NCBI GenBank assembly: GCA_013239625.1
Contig: MU056991.1
Span: 26,113,250 to 26,177,249, forward strand
Source: Lama guanicoe
Taxonomy: Eukaryota
Direction of reading: 5' to 3'
DNA length: 64,000 bases
In this document: positions 35,801 to 49,866 of the stretch, in pieces
Numbering within the stretch: position 1 is the stretch's first letter
How the letters are laid out: each line of letters begins with the position of its first letter
Translations under genes and position numbers: made by a program
Notes under the pieces: model-generated
Databases searched by the model: none
What the model was told of the DNA's origin: nothing
Seen by the model: the letters and a program-made list of their open reading frames with translations, nothing else

Positions 35801-38800
35801 GTTCTTTATGGTGTCTAACACAAATGGAGGCTTAAAATTATGTGGTTTTAAACAAAATTAGAGAAACCATGTATAAACCAGAGCAACCAGGCAGTAATAT
35901 GCCCACCCCATATTTGAAGAAAATTATTATTGACAAAAAATCCCACACATTTGTCAAGCACAATAACTGTAAAATAAAGTCCAAAAACATCCATTTCACC
36001 TGCTTGCTAATGTGTACTAGTCCTGTCTGCTAATGGCATTTTCCAACTGTAAATTCCAAGAAAAGCTGTCACTCATTTAAGAGCATAGGGATCAACCCCA
36101 GTAATTTGAGTATTATTGTTTATTACTTCCTTTTTAAACAGAAACCTCTGCATGCACTTTGACATCTGTCCCTCCCAGTGTACGTCTCTGTATGATGACT
36201 TCTCTTTGCTGTTTCTTGTATGATAAATAGCTTTCCTTAATAAACATTTTATTTGATGCAAATATAGTTAACTTTATGTTAAACACACACTGTTGAAATT
36301 AATTTTGAACACTGTCTTAAGAGGCAGCACATTTCCAGCTTACACTTAGGAAAAAATTCAAAGGATAGAATGAGGTTAAATTCTGGTAGTCTAGGATAAA
36401 ATTATTTACTTGGTTTTTAACTTCTCATGCTTTTTATTTGTTGTATTCAATTGACACATGGACTAAAAATGTAAAAAATGCAAAGAAAACCCAAATTACA
36501 ACAAAAATAAACCTCAGAATGAACTGTCATGTAAAATTTCACTTTCTTAGATGATTAGGGTAAAATTTATAGATCCTCTCTGAGTTTACATGTTCACTAT
36601 GCAATGAGCAAATTTATTGAAAGTATACAAATATACTCTGAACTATGACAAGACTCAATCTTTACATAGTTCAAATTACATATGACATTACAAACAAATG
36701 AGCGAGTGGGAAGAAAAACAAGTATTTAGGAATGAGTTTTTTTAACTGTTAAAGAGAATATTTGAAGAAGGAATTTTTAAACTATTCATATTTAGCTGTA
36801 TATCCAAAGCATATGTTAAACAAATTAACATAACTTTCCAGAAAATTTTTCAGTATGATGAAATTTTTATTATATACAAATGAACCCTATGTAAATGATG
36901 TAACTTTTATGAATGATAGACATTAAATATTTCACTGACATGTATTCTCAGAATTTTGAATGTTTTCTTCAGTGCTTTCACTTCCTGAATTCTAAAAAAG
37001 GAAAAAGAACTTGAAAAATAGACAGCAACTTACTAATAAAAAAAAAGCAATACATCATGACAAGCAGACTATTTTGAGTGATCATGAAACATGTTGGTTT
37101 TGTCAGTAACTTGAATGTTTATGCCTCATTGAAACTTCCTCCATGACTGTAGCAACTTAAATAGATTTTCCAATACATTTCCAGCCCGTTCATTCCAGTC
37201 CTTGTCCTACAGCTCTGCCTTCCTTCCCTGCACTGTCACCTACGGCAGCTTCGTTTAGAAATATTTTGGAACCTCGCCTGGTTTTACAGACCTTTAAGTA
37301 TTTGTCTGGTATGTGAAATGTGGGAAGAGACCAAAGAGGGAAAGAACATGACTGAAATTAGACATCTGAAAAATATGAGACAGATTTGAAACAGGCACAT
37401 TTTTTAAGAGTCAAAGAAAGGAGCGCTCATTAGGTGAGTGAGAAGAGCAACAAAGCCCAGGATGCCGATACTGGAAGGGCCGCGGTGCTTTTCTGTGATG
37501 GACAGCATGATGGCTGGAGTTCCCGAAGCTGGCACTGAGCCTTGGCCTGGAGGAGAACCACGTGGGCTTCTCAGCTGGGAGCAGGGCACTACATTTTCGT
37601 AGCTTCTACTTCCCAGAGGCCTGGAATAGCCCAGCTTCTTGCAAATCGATCTTGGGGAAAAAAATAAAAAAAGCATCACTGAGAGCGTCTGTCAGCTTTG
37701 GTGAGTTGCGACTTTACAGAGTGGGTAGGTTTTTTAATACCTCAGATAAGGACAAAACTCCGTAGTAAAGGACCCAAAGCAAACACTTTTAAAACCTCGG
37801 TGATTCTTTCATCACCTACCAAGTAGACAGTTTTATTTAACAAATCCCTGTAGAACATACTACACGTTATTTTACAATAACCTTTGTTGTTTTTATTTTT
37901 TGGACTTGGAGCGTTTTCTAAGCCACATATATAAATAACATCTCATTTTCGGCTGCAGTGTGCTTACAAGGGTATCGTGGGGAGAAGCATTCGAAGTGGG
38001 AAATTCTGGAATGGAAACTTGGAGTCATGTCATTCTAGGGTCTTAAGGAGAACTCTAGGGATAATGTTATAAAGATCAATGTAAACAACTGATTCTGTGT
38101 GGAGTTTTGCTATTTAATTTTCAACTATGTTGCCAACCAAGCCAGCTTTACCTGTGGAGAGTTTGCATCCTCTCGAGGGGATTTAGAACCGTTTACATTT
38201 AATGATCGCTCGACACCGCGGTTAGATGAGGACACTGGGACTTAGTCCAAGTTGCAGAAGTGGCATTGTGTTTTCTTTGAAACCGTGCATATCGATAGGT
38301 AAACTCTGGATTGGCCTTTTGGATCTATTTTATACATTTAGTAATTAGGAACCGACTTGGATATTCAACTAAATAAAAACCCTCTGATGTAAAACCACAC
38401 ACCTTTGTGTTGCAGTCAATGTCAAACATAGGAAGTGATTTTCTTTCCAGTGTGCTGTGGATTTTAAAATATTTTTATAATACCTATTCTGCCCACAAAC
38501 CATTTTTTAGAATAATATTACCGCCTACCATATGTTCAAAATAAATTATAACTCTAAGTTAATATGTTATTTTGATATTTTGAATGCCCTCTGGAAAGAT
38601 TTCCATTTCATTTGATCAGTCCCCATAGCAAAAAAAAAAAAAAAAAATCAGAACTGTGCATGGCACTCACAGGAAAGCCTATAAATATGATGTAAGTAGC
38701 AATAGAATCACTACAACTAACTCTTTTTAACAGTGTTGCAAACTAGATATTTTTATCTAATATCACTCCCTGCTTTCAACATTCCTTTGTGAATATTGAT

Positions 38801-39130
38801 ACAGTAAACCCTCCTTCACCATACATCACATTGTAATGTGAAAACAAGGTTTTCGTCCCTTGGATTATTAATTTTTGCTTCCTTGCACTGCATTTATCTT
38901 GTGCTGAAATGACAAAAAGCAGGCGAGAATGAAGATCCAGGTCTCAGACACACATAGGAAGTCCCTGGTGCATCTCTGTGTGCTTTTTCCTCACCTACTG
39001 AAATTGTCGGGAACAACTTTCCTTTGGCACGCCATGTTTACACCTTGCATGATCCTGTATACATTAATCTGAAGAGTAACTGCATACCTTTTATGGCTAT
39101 TTGAAAATAAAATTTGCTACAAATAAGACA
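32887..39130 (+). other. LHX9: Probable long AT-rich LHX9 3' UTR region with several poly(A) signals
   Basis: AT-rich and largely free of recognisable repeats; AATAAA at 32992, 35326, 35973 and 39106. The true 3' end cannot be fixed from sequence. Confidence 0.45.
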
Positions 39131-41089
39131 CACCAGTCTCTGCTGTCTCCTATTATGCATGAATAGATCAATTTTTTCCTGTACTTTCCTATTGAAGAAG
39201 AAAACATTGACCTCAAAGGATATTTAAATTGTTATTTATGATAAATACATAAAGATGAAGAAATCCAAAGGTGAGGTTGTCTTTCTTTAATCATTCTCTT
39301 TCTGCGCCTTTTCCTTTTTGAAAGCAGAGGAAATCATGGAGGGCTCCCTGCTTTAACTTTGACATTCAGGGGTCTTGACAATTTGCATCACTGAAAGTCA
39401 TATTTATTATTCGGTAAACTTTAATTCCATAGAGAGATAAATGCCCTTTATGAAACGTGAGTTTTGCAAAGCACAAAGGTATTTCACCACCTCAAGCAAT
39501 TGAAGCAGTTCGAATTCTACAAACAAGTAGAGTGGTTTTCCAGAAGAAAAATATAGTGGAAAATTATTTTAAATATAATATTTGTAGCATTTTACCAGGC
39601 TGTACCTGGATACTCTGTAGAAATTTTAAAGAGCCATAAAGACCTCCAAAATGTTATGATGTAAATATTTAAGTGGCGGTATTTTTCTGTCATATAAAGT
39701 GAGACAGCTTATTTTATGAATACAATCACATGGTGATTTTATTATTTCAGTGCAGATCTGAGCTCTCCTCCTAAATATTTTAATGACAAAGAGATCTTTA
39801 TATTTCCAAGGGTTCTAATAGATTCTTTACCCAGTTTTTCTCTTGAGCAGTATGAGTGTGTGTGTGTGTGTATGTGGTATTTTTTCTTCCTAACATCCAT
39901 GAAAAGACATATATTTTTAACAAACAAGGCTCAGCTCTTTTAAAGCAATTTTTAATTAAAAGCAAAACAAAAAGGCAAAATTGGCCATTTCCCTTAAGTT
40001 GGAGATATTGTAATAGGCTACTTTTTGTTAGCCTCACATGAAGCTGCACTCCTGAAAGTTTCCCTGCTGATGCCAGTGACCCTTCTGGGGTCCATGCAGG
40101 TGACAGTCTTCGCTGAGCTTGGCCATAACTTTGCTTTTTACTGGAATTATGTTGCTGGTTCGGACTTTTCTGTTCAACAAAGTTTGACTAATGCTTACCT
40201 TTCAACACAAACAACCACCACCACAGCCAAAAAGGCAAGTTTTGTTGGAATGAATAGTTTAACTTACTTTGTCTGTTAAAAGAGGCACATTAGAAACAAA
40301 AGGTTCTTTTACAATTTAAAGAAGATATTTTGGTTTGAGCAGGATGAGTCTGTTAAAGGGGCTAGACCTCAATGTTTTCAATAGGGATCATGAAGTTTAT
40401 ATACATTCATAGCTGGGGATGTGTAAATATCCATGACAGTCTGCTCAGTATGCGTATCGTGTGAGAGAGCTGGACTCTGAGGCTTACCAAGAGCCATTTC
40501 ACCACCCCTGCAACTCCCGTGGCCCGAATACCTGCTAAGTGCTGGATTATGAAATTTTGGTATCAACCCTGGCATTTTCTATTTTTCTAGAGTACCTTGC
40601 TTTAGAATGTATCGCCGATAAAAATGATCACCGTAGGCTTTGTTTTTGTTCTAGTTTCGACTCAGACATGAATAAATGCATGGAATCACTCTGTGTGTTG
40701 GAAAGAATCTTGGTAAATTGGTTCAAATCCTACGCACACCTTCTTTTGCAGTGGAAGCAGAAAGCACCTGGACAGATGTGCATTGTTTTTAGTTCAGAGA
40801 CCAGGGTGGGCATCCCTCAGAAAAATGTGGACATCGAGAGTTTGGGTTTAATCTCTGCAGGTTTACTTTATTTTTTTTTCCCCAACCAACGCCGAAACAT
40901 TGTCACTGCCGCAGTTTGGCCACTACTAGGATTTCTTATTTATTGCTGCTGCTCTGTTAGTGCAACATACGTGCCATTTAGAAAGATGACGATGGTAACA
41001 GAATACGGACGGTTTTTACTTCGTGGAATTTTCTATACCGTTCACAGCATCTATTCAGCCGCTCACCCTGATGCCTCTAAAATTCTGTT

Positions 41090-41460
41090 TCATCTCACTT
41101 CCATTCCCATCACACTCCTGAAACCATTTTCCTTCAAGTTAGCAGGGATTTTTTTTTTCCTTACCAAAATCATGGCATTTCCCCTGTCTTTATTCACCTT
41201 TGCTTCTGTGCCAGATTTTATGCCCTTATTACTCACGTCTTTTTATAACGATGCCCGGCCGGCGTTTCCCACGGGCGGTGCACCTGCTGAGGCTGCCTGG
41301 GCTCGCTGACTCCTGTGCAGCTCCTGGGCCTCTCTGCCCGGCTCGGTGGGCCTCCCTGGAAACAGCCTTCTTATTTAAAGTTTCATCTTTTTACTGATGA
41401 CTCCAAGTATATCTCTTGGGCTATTTTCCCCAGACTGTTCTCTTAGTTGAAGTGCAGCAG
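41090..41460 (+). mobile_element. L2 reverse-transcriptase-region fossil
   Basis: ttccattcccatcacactcctgaaaccattttccttcaagttagcagggat translates FHSHHTPETIFLQVSRD, resembling the L2/CR1 RT motif FRxxHSTETALLKVTND. Confidence 0.55.
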
Positions 41461-41512
41461 AAATGACGTTGAACTAATTTTTTTTCCTCTTTAGCAAACT
41501 TGACTTCTGGGC

Positions 41513-41967
41513 TTTTTTTTTTTTTAATTGAAGTACAGTCAGTTACAATGTGTCCAATTTCTGGTGTTCAGCATAGTGTTTCAGTCATACATATATATGT
41601 ACACATACTCCTTTTCATATTCTTTTTCATTATAGGTTACTACAAGTTATTGAATATAGTTCCCTGTGCTATACAGATGAAATTTTAAAATCTATTTTAT
41701 ATATCGTAGTTAATGGTTGCAAATCTAGAACTCCCCATTTATCCCCTCCTATCCCCTTCTCCCAACCATAAGTTTGTTTGCTATGTCTGTGAGTCTGTTT
41801 CTGTTTTGTAGGTGAGTTCATTAGTGTCTTTTTTTTTTTTTTAGATTCCACATGAGTGGTATCATATAGTATTTTTCTTTCTCTGTCTAACTTCCTTCAC
41901 TTAGAATGACAATCTCCAGGTCCATCCATGTTGCTGTATATGACATTATTTTATTCCTTTTAATGGC
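41513..41967 (-). mobile_element. Young L1 3' end, 5'-truncated
   Basis: poly-T then aattgaagtacagtcagttacaatgtg...agattccacatgagtggtatcatatagtattt...tccatccatgttgctg; flanking repeat ctgggcttttt. Confidence 0.88.
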
Positions 41968-43639
41968 AAAGAAGTTCCTGGGCTTTTTAATTTCTACTCC
42001 CATCACCCAGACTGGAAGTCACCATCATCAATTTCTCCATTACCTTTTCCCTTACAAAACCCAACATTTTGTAGCATTCTGTTACCAAATCCTACTGATC
42101 CTTTCTGTATTCTATGTCTTTGATCAACCCTCTCCATAGACCATTTTTTTTTTTTGTCATGCCACCGCTCTACTCACTAGAACTTGTGTGGAGGAGAACC
42201 AGAGCTGACTCGTAGGAAGATACTCTGTGGAAGTCATGAATTCTTGCAGACATTGTTTTGCTTTCTCCATCCCTGCACCCTGATCCCCCAGATGAGTAGA
42301 ACCAATGGTCAGCAATTGTTAAAATATTATATTTAAACTCATTTTAGAAATAGCTTGCTCACTAACGTAGACTCCTATGATCTAGAAGATAATGACTCTT
42401 CTCTGTGGGGATTCAGAAAGACCCCAGTTGTCGCTTATTCAGACAGCTGGAGGGGGCTTTGCAGTCTGCGTATAATCAGAGTAGAACACACCTATCATTT
42501 ACTTTATGTGGCAAAAAATGTTAATTTCATATCAAAACAAATGGGATCTGCAATAGAAGAAAATCAGTGTTGCTGGAATCGTAAAATCTTCTGTTTCAAA
42601 GAAAATTCTGATCTGCACGTGGCTGTAGCTCAGGTCCCTAGGAGCACTTTAGTCAGGGAGTTGAGACACAGAGGAGGTGATGGTCTCTGAGGTCCTTTCT
42701 GGTTCCAGCCACATGGGGCAGGTGTGCGAAGAGGTAGAATCGTGGACTTCAGGCACATGAACCCAAGTCCACATGCTGCCTCTTCCACGAAGCTCTGGTC
42801 CACGATCTGATTTGCTCATGTTCCTCAAGCTGCAATCACAGCTTTGTGGGTCCTTTACCTCTGATCTGTCTCCACTTGAAAACTTTCCTGCCCACTATAA
42901 GAGTAGTCTTCCTAAGCATATCTTTCAGCTACAACCTTCCTTCCCGGGAACTTTAATGAGCTCCCTGTGTGCATATGATCAAATATAACCTCCCCCCAAG
43001 ACAGCCAAGGGCCTCGGTAATATGACCAAGACGGTCTTACTTGTTTGGTTTATTTTTCCCCAAAACTAACCCTTCCCTGTCTGTAGCATGAGCTGTATCC
43101 TGTCCTATTTTTGCACACAGCATCTTCTCTAATTATAAAATTTTCCCCATTACTTCTTATCTTCCTATATCTTACAAATTCTTTTTTCTTCCTTCCTTAC
43201 GGCATCTATAATACAAATAAAGAATAATTTTTCAGAAGAAATACAATCACCCACAATCTCCAGACCATCATATAATATCTCTCTATATTTTTTTCAAGTT
43301 CTTTTCCAATTTTTTTTTTACAAAATTACAATAATTTTGCTAAAGTTTATCATATGGTACCTGGCACATGATAAACATCAATAAATGGCAATGTATTTGA
43401 ACCTCAAAACTATCATTTCTTTAAATTATTCTAATTCTATCTCCATGAAAATAGTCTTCATTAACACTTGTGATGAGCGAAGCCTTCCTTCCTTCTTAGC
43501 CTCCAACAAAAGTCCCGAGACAACCAACTCCTGCAAATCTCCTCTTCTTTGGAGCCCATTTTGCCAGACCTGATTTGGCATATTTGAATCTCAATTTGGG
43601 CTCAGGGCGGGAGAGCCCCTGTACGTAGCTGTGTGGGCT

Positions 43640-44400
43640 GAGAACTGATTTGAAAAATCAATCCCAGAGAGTGCCAATTAATGAATTACTACCCCCTCCG
43701 AGGGAGGTGCCTGGGGGCTTGTTGAAGGACTCTGTTCTTTCCAACATTTTTATTACTGAATTAGGACGGAGCTGTCAAGACAGTCACACTTGCAGATGGT
43801 GCAGAGCTGGGAGGGACAGAAAATACAGCGAACGGCAAAATCTGAACTGAAAAGATACCGAAGTTAGGATGCTGATCTGAACCTAAGAGAGAAAATTTCG
43901 GGGGCAGAAAATGTAAAGCAACATGTAGACCCTAAATCCACCCACACAAGTCCAAGCTCTGGGAGAGGTCCTCACACATACTTTGTCATGGATCGCTTTC
44001 ATCTCGCAGTAGCTCACCAAGACTCTCTTATGTAAGATGCAATCTAGTTTGGTTGAGGGGGGAGTGGAGGAACTGGGGAGCCCCCAGCTCCTCATCACCT
44101 CTCTTCACGGCCCCGGAGGAGGTTTCGTAAAACGTGGTTTGAAAACTCTTGGACTCTGGGGTGATGGAGAGGGTGGGTGAGGGGAGAAGGGGGTGGGAGG
44201 ACGGGGCACGGCTAAGCAGGAGCAGATGCAAAAACAGCCTGATCAGCTTTAGTCCCAGGTAGACTCACTAGGAGCCCACAGTGTGACGTGGTTAGTTCCT
44301 CAAACACGCGATTTTATCTGAGGCTTGTTTAACGGAGTAGTAAGACTGGGACCGTGTCTCTGCTGGACAAACCACACAGGGACGCGATGTTTTCACACTG
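43640..44400 (+). mobile_element. L3/CR1 LINE fragments
   Basis: cagagagtgccaattaatg...gggaggtgcct...ttccaacatttttattactga...ttgcagatggtgcagagctgggaggga matches the L3 RT region; second piece near 44290-44390. Confidence 0.7.
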
Positions 44401-45149
44401 CTGTGATCACCTGGAAGCTGTAACTTTGCATCGTGCTATTTTATAAACATTTTGTCACTGTTGGAAGCTTGGTCCAGATTGGTTGTTGGTCCAGATTGTT
44501 GGAAGGGATGTCACAGATGACTGCCCAGGCTGTGCACTGTGCAAGTCCAAGGACATGACTTTCAGAGACCATTATGATTATAACACATTGTCCCCCTTAA
44601 TTTTTTCCCACTTTTCCTTTAGTTTTCCTGCCATTCAGAACTAACTCTAAGCTGGCTTCTTTCAGGGTCAGACCTACACCAATGGGTATGGCTGAAAATG
44701 ATATGAATTAAAGAAATATTTTCCCTCTAGGATTTACAGGATTGTAGTAACACCAGAGTGTGTTGTTTTCTCATTGGGGTGTGTGAACAGAGTAGCAAAG
44801 GCAATGAAAATTCTCCACATAATCACGGTTCCCTGTGTTCTTTCCACAGTCCACCCAGGACTGGATAGTGGTTTTGAGTCTCTCAAATTAGAGGGTAGAA
44901 TCACGTTTATCATTTACCTCGGCTCTGACCCCACCTCAACACTCATTTTCTCCTCTTATAAACAGTGATCTGGATGGGATGAGCTCAATGTTTTTTTCAA
45001 CTTTAGTGCCTCACAATTCTATGACAGTTCCTAGTTGGTGAAAACTTGCCTTTTAGAAACGGAGGTGATGATACCTAACGTGTTATGTTACAGTTGAATC
45101 CATCTGCTCCAGGTCAGAACTGCACAAACTCTTTAGGGAAATGCTAAAG

Positions 45150-45651
45150 CAGTGGTTCTCAAAGTGGGGTGCCGGGACCCCTGGGGGTTCCCTAGGTGCT
45201 TGCTTTGACCACAAGGTCAAAACTATTTGCATAATAATACTAGGATGTTATTTGCCATTTTCACTCTCATTCTCTCGCAAGTGTACAGAGTGAGAGAGGT
45301 TCGTGGTAATGTCTTCAGAGCATATATTGCAACTAATCATGCATTGCAGGTAACCTCTAAGAAACTACCATTGTTAAGTTTTGGGGTTGGATCAAAGAAG
45401 ATTATTTACAATGCTCTGAAAGGCTATTAAAATGTTCCTCTTTTCCAGTTACATATCCTAATGAGGCCAAATTTTCTTCATCTACTGCAACCAAAACAAC
45501 ATCCTGTAACTGAAAACGGAAGCAAGTGTGAGACTCAGTTTTAATTTCTAGCACACTAAATGTGGATATAAACTTGCAAAAGACAAAGATCTCTGGGGTC
45601 CTTCATAAATACTGAGTGAAAGATTGAGACCAAAAAGTCTGAGAACAGATG
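45150..45651. mobile_element. hAT-Charlie DNA transposon deletion derivative (Charlie1-like)
   Basis: Terminal cagtggttctcaaa...tctgagaacagatg; internal ggtcaaaactatttgcataataatactaggatgttatttgcc typical of Charlie1. Confidence 0.75.
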
Positions 45652-47574
45652 TTCTAAAAGGTTACCAACGTAGCAAAACTTCCTCCTCGAGCAGGTTGGT
45701 CGCTCTCATTCCTCCCTTGACTCTTTACGTTTCTGTTACCATTTGTTCACATGAATGTCCATCAGGAATGTGAAAAGTGATCACCCTGCCCTGCCTGAAG
45801 GACTTTTTGAGTTCTTATTGTTTGATTTATTTGCAGCTATGACATGATTCCCTTTCGTGGAAACTTGTATGAGTTTTGCTTCAGTTAAGGGCATTCTTTA
45901 GGAAATCTACACGAGATCTCAGTGCTTTGGGAGTAGACGTGGTGCGGAGGGGTGGAGGAGGGGATTGCTCCAATGAGGGTGGTCCAAGAGTCCAGAAGAG
46001 AGGTTCCACCCACCGCCCTTTTATATTCCTCACGCAGCGGTGATCATGGCACGGGGGCTGGGGGGATTCCACAGGAAGGGAGAAGGAATCTCTTCTTGGA
46101 ATGACTCTGGTTTGTGCTGTCTGGACCCCAGAAGGAGTCAGGATGTGCCCAGATCACTGCATAAGCTGCACTGGTGGTACCCGAAGGTCATTCAGAGGAG
46201 GACCCGGTGTGTGAAGGCTGTTGTGGAGTCTAGAAGCTGTGCTCTGAAAGCTGAACACCTGCAATGCCCACATTTACTCAGAAATGCCTTGCCAGTTGGA
46301 ATATTCTCTCTCAAATACAAGTCTTCTGCTTGGGTCTTCGCAGTGTAGGAGCGAGCCAGACAGAAGAAAGGGATGGAAGAACTGAGTACACCAAGAACTT
46401 GAATTTTTGTACTTCTGTGTAACTGCCTAATGAATTTTCAGGTGATCCCTGGCCTGTTGGGTTTCCCATCCCTCTCTCTTCAACTTTAAAAAAGAAAAAA
46501 AAGCTTTTTTAGGGCTGTACTCCTGTTTTTCTCTCACTCAGAGCGAAGGTGCCCACAACCTGTGTGGGGCCGAGGCTAGTTTCAACCCCTGCTAAGATGC
46601 GGGCAGCATTGGAAGGGACATGGCGGCTTTTATCAATGCCACAAGGCCCTTTCATTCCCAATCAGGTCACCAGTAATGAGACCCTGGAACCTTTCCCCAG
46701 GGTCAGCCCCCGATGTTAAAGTCCAGCTCACGGCAATTTTGGCTCATCAGATGGAATATATGAAGAGGGGAGGTGACAGCCAATATCCCAGCAAACGCTG
46801 GGGTAGTTAGAGGAGGGCTGCCTGCCAGCAAGGTTAGAAGATGGAGTGTGAGGTTACAATGACATACAATCATATGTGATGTGCTGTGGCTATGGTTATT
46901 TTCATACGTCAGTTTCCAAGGAACTAAGTTTAAAACATTTATGCAGTAGAACCCTTCCATCATGCACGCGTTCATTCCTTCATTCACTCATCCACATGCT
47001 TCTGCTAATCCTCCAGGGTCTCTCTGTCTTTTCATCATATTCGAGTGACAAAAAGTCAAGCTTGTTTGAGCCTAACTGTGTTATTTTTTTCCCCATGATC
47101 ACAGTTCAGCAGTGGAGCCCTGCTGGAGAAATTTGCATGATCGGATCTTACAGATGGATGTTGTGATAAATTCACGACACGAACCTCAGTATTTCCTGGC
47201 CGCCCAAGAATCCCTGTGATCGAATTCCTCCCTCCTCCTCTGCAACGACTCTACAGAGCTGCTCCATTCTTGTCAAACCTCTAACATCACCTCCCCCAGG
47301 ACACTACCCACTGGACATTCCACTCTGTATAAACAGAAGATCTGGCTTATTTCCTAGAAATGGAATCCATTAGAATGGGAACTCTGTCAACCCCTGCTAA
47401 AACGTACCGACCAAGCCACATCAAGATTCAGCCTCCCTTCCCTCCTGTCACAGTAAAGGAGGTTTCCCTTTCCATCTGTGGATCCATATTCTCTGTGTTT
47501 TCAGGGGCAGTACACAACAGTTCATTCCTCCTCCCTCTTGCTTGTCAAGTTATCTGATTGTTTATTGTGATTAC

Positions 47575-47810
47575 TTTTTCACTGAAGTAGAGTTGATTTA
47601 CAGCGGTGTGTAAGTTTCTGGTGTCCAGCATAATGGTTCAGTCATACACATGTATATCCCTTTTCATTATGGGTTATTACAAGATATCAAATAGCATTCA
47701 CTGTGCCATACGGTAGGGAAACTTGTTGATTATCTATTTTACATATAGTGATGTATATCTGCAAATCCCGAACTCCCAATTTATCCCTCCACACCCCCTT
47801 TTCCTAAATG
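47575..47810 (-). mobile_element. L1 3' end fragment
   Basis: actgaagtagagttgatttacagc...ttctggtgtccagcataatggttcagt...ggttattacaagatat...cccgaactcccaatttatccctc. Confidence 0.8.
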
Positions 47811-47895
47811 TCTTTTTATGTTAGGGAATGGCACCGTTACTGATCCATTATGTAAGCCAGAAAACTTGGACTAACCTGAAAGCTTAGTTTTCTTT

Positions 47896-48889
47896 TCTTT
47901 TTAAATTTTTTATGCAATTTCCATTTACAGTTATTACAAAATAGTGGCTGTATTTCCTGTATTGTACACTGCATCCTTCAGCCTGTCTTACACCCAACAG
48001 TACTTCCTATCCCCTTACACCTGGAATGTCCCCCTCTTCCCTCTCCCATTGGTGACCACTAGTTTGTCCTCTGTATCTGTGCATCTGGCTCTTTCTGCTT
48101 CACTAGTTTGTTGTACTTTTAAGATTCCATATATGAGTGATATCATGCAGTATTTGTCTTTCTCTGTCTGACTTATTTCACTCAGCATAATGCCCTCCAA
48201 GTCCAATCGTGTTGCTGCAAATGGCAAAATTTTCTTTTTTATGGTTTAGCAGTATTCCATTATATACACATATGCCACAACTTCTTTATCCAGTCATCTG
48301 TTGATGGGCATTTAGGTTGCTTCAGTGCCTTGGCTGTTGTAAATAGTGCTGCTGTGCAAATTGGGCTGCATGTGTCTTTTTGAGTTAATGTTCCCTCTGG
48401 CTATGTGCCCAGGAGTGGGATTGTTTGGGCCTATGGTAAGCCTGTTTTTGGTCTTTTGAGGAATATCCTTACTGTTTTCCATAATGGCTGCACCAAACTG
48501 CATTCCCACCAATAGCATAGGAAGGTTCCCTTTCCTCCACAGCCTCTCCAGTGTTTATTGTTTGTGGATNNNNNNNNNNNNNNNNNNNNNNNNNNNNNNN
48601 NNNNNNNNNNNNNNNNNNNNNNNNNNNNNNNNNNNNNNNNNNNNNNNNNNNNNNNNNNNNNNNNNNNNNNNNNNNNNNNNNNNNNNNNNNNNNNNNNNNN
48701 NNNNNNNNNNNNNNNNGTCTTCTGCTATTTTTGGATTGACTTGTTTTTTTCTTATTAAGTTATATGAACTGTTTATATATTCTGGAGATTAAGCTCTTGT
48801 CAGTCTCATCTTTTGCAAATATTTTCTCCCATCCCATAGGTTGTCTTTTTGTTTTGCTTATGGTTTCCTTTGTCCAGCATTTTCTTAAT
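47896..48889 (-). mobile_element. L1 ORF2 C-terminus/3' UTR with 14-bp target-site duplication
   Basis: Minus-strand ORF MPFAATRLDLEGIMLSEISQTEKDKYCMISLIYGI is the typical L1 ORF2-end peptide; GCTTAGTTTTCTTT at 47882-47895 and 48890-48903. Confidence 0.92.
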
Positions 48890-48899
48890 GCTTAGTTTT

Positions 48900-49640
48900 C
48901 TTTATCTCTAACATCCAAACCATCATCACATTCTGTCAATTTTTACTCTGAAATACTTTTCAAACCCACCTTCCCCTTTGCCCCCACTGTGGTCCAAGCT
49001 CTGCCCTGTTTTGGATGAAAGCAATTGCATTTCGTGGGTCCTGCTGCAGGTCCTGTCCCCTCATTAATTTTCCAGGTCGTGTGATCCGCTCAACACAGAA
49101 CTCCAATCGTGTGACCACCCTGGCACCACCCCCGTCCTCCTGCTGTAGACCTTTCTCATATTGCTGCATATTATTTTAGAAAAAAGACTGGTTTTTAATT
49201 GGGAATGGAAGCCCATCTTTCGTCACGCTCCTCCTGACTCCTGTGCTCCAGCCCCGCCGGCCACATCCTCCCTCCACGCAGGCCTTTGCACATGCTGTTC
49301 CCTCAGCCTGGAATGTGCCTCAGTCCCTCCCACGCATCCTTAGCCTTTATTTTTAGTGTACGTGGCATTCTCAGAAGCACACCTGAGACATGATCAGTTC
49401 TTCACCGTGAGGTTTCCTAGCTTCATGTGCCTTTCCTAGATTCATGTGCCTTTCCTTTATACGACTTGTGACAGCTGCCATCTTTTATTTGTGAGATTAC
49501 TTAATTAACGTCAGTCTGCCCAACTCGCTTACAAACTCATGAAGCCAGGGACGTCTCTACTGTTGCACTGTATCCCTAGCATCACGCCTGGCATGCGGTA
49601 GGCACTCTATAAATATTTATTGCATGAATGTGGATTGAAT
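48900..49640 (+). mobile_element. L2 3' portion
   Basis: ggcctttgcacatgctgttccctcagcctggaatg...tatccctagcatc..gcctggcatgcggtaggcactctataaatatttattgcatgaatg. Confidence 0.8.
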
Positions 49641-49682
49641 AAATAATACTAGTTTCAGGGCACCGTTTTAGATGCTCTAGGG

Positions 49683-49866
49683 CACTGGTTCTGAAACTTT
49701 AGCACAGGAATAATCTCGAGGCTTGTTAAAGCTCAGTTTGCTGGGCCTCCACTCCGGAATTTCTGATTCAGCAGGCCATGGGTGTCACAGAAGCATTTAC
49801 ATTTCTGACAAATTCCAGGGTAATGCTGATGTCGCTGTGCCAGGGACCACAATTTGAGAACCATTG
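49683..49866. mobile_element. MER5A-type hAT MITE
   Basis: Terminal inverted repeats cactggttctgaaa / tttgagaaccattg; 8-bp flanks ctctaggg / ctttaggg; internal tttctgattcagcagg. Confidence 0.85.

Noticed and set aside
49570-49682. Possible tail-to-tail L2 junction as a miR-28/151-type hairpin
   Set aside because: Only the outer ~10 bp (ccctagcatc / gatgctctaggg) pair; the interior does not form a pre-miRNA-like stem.
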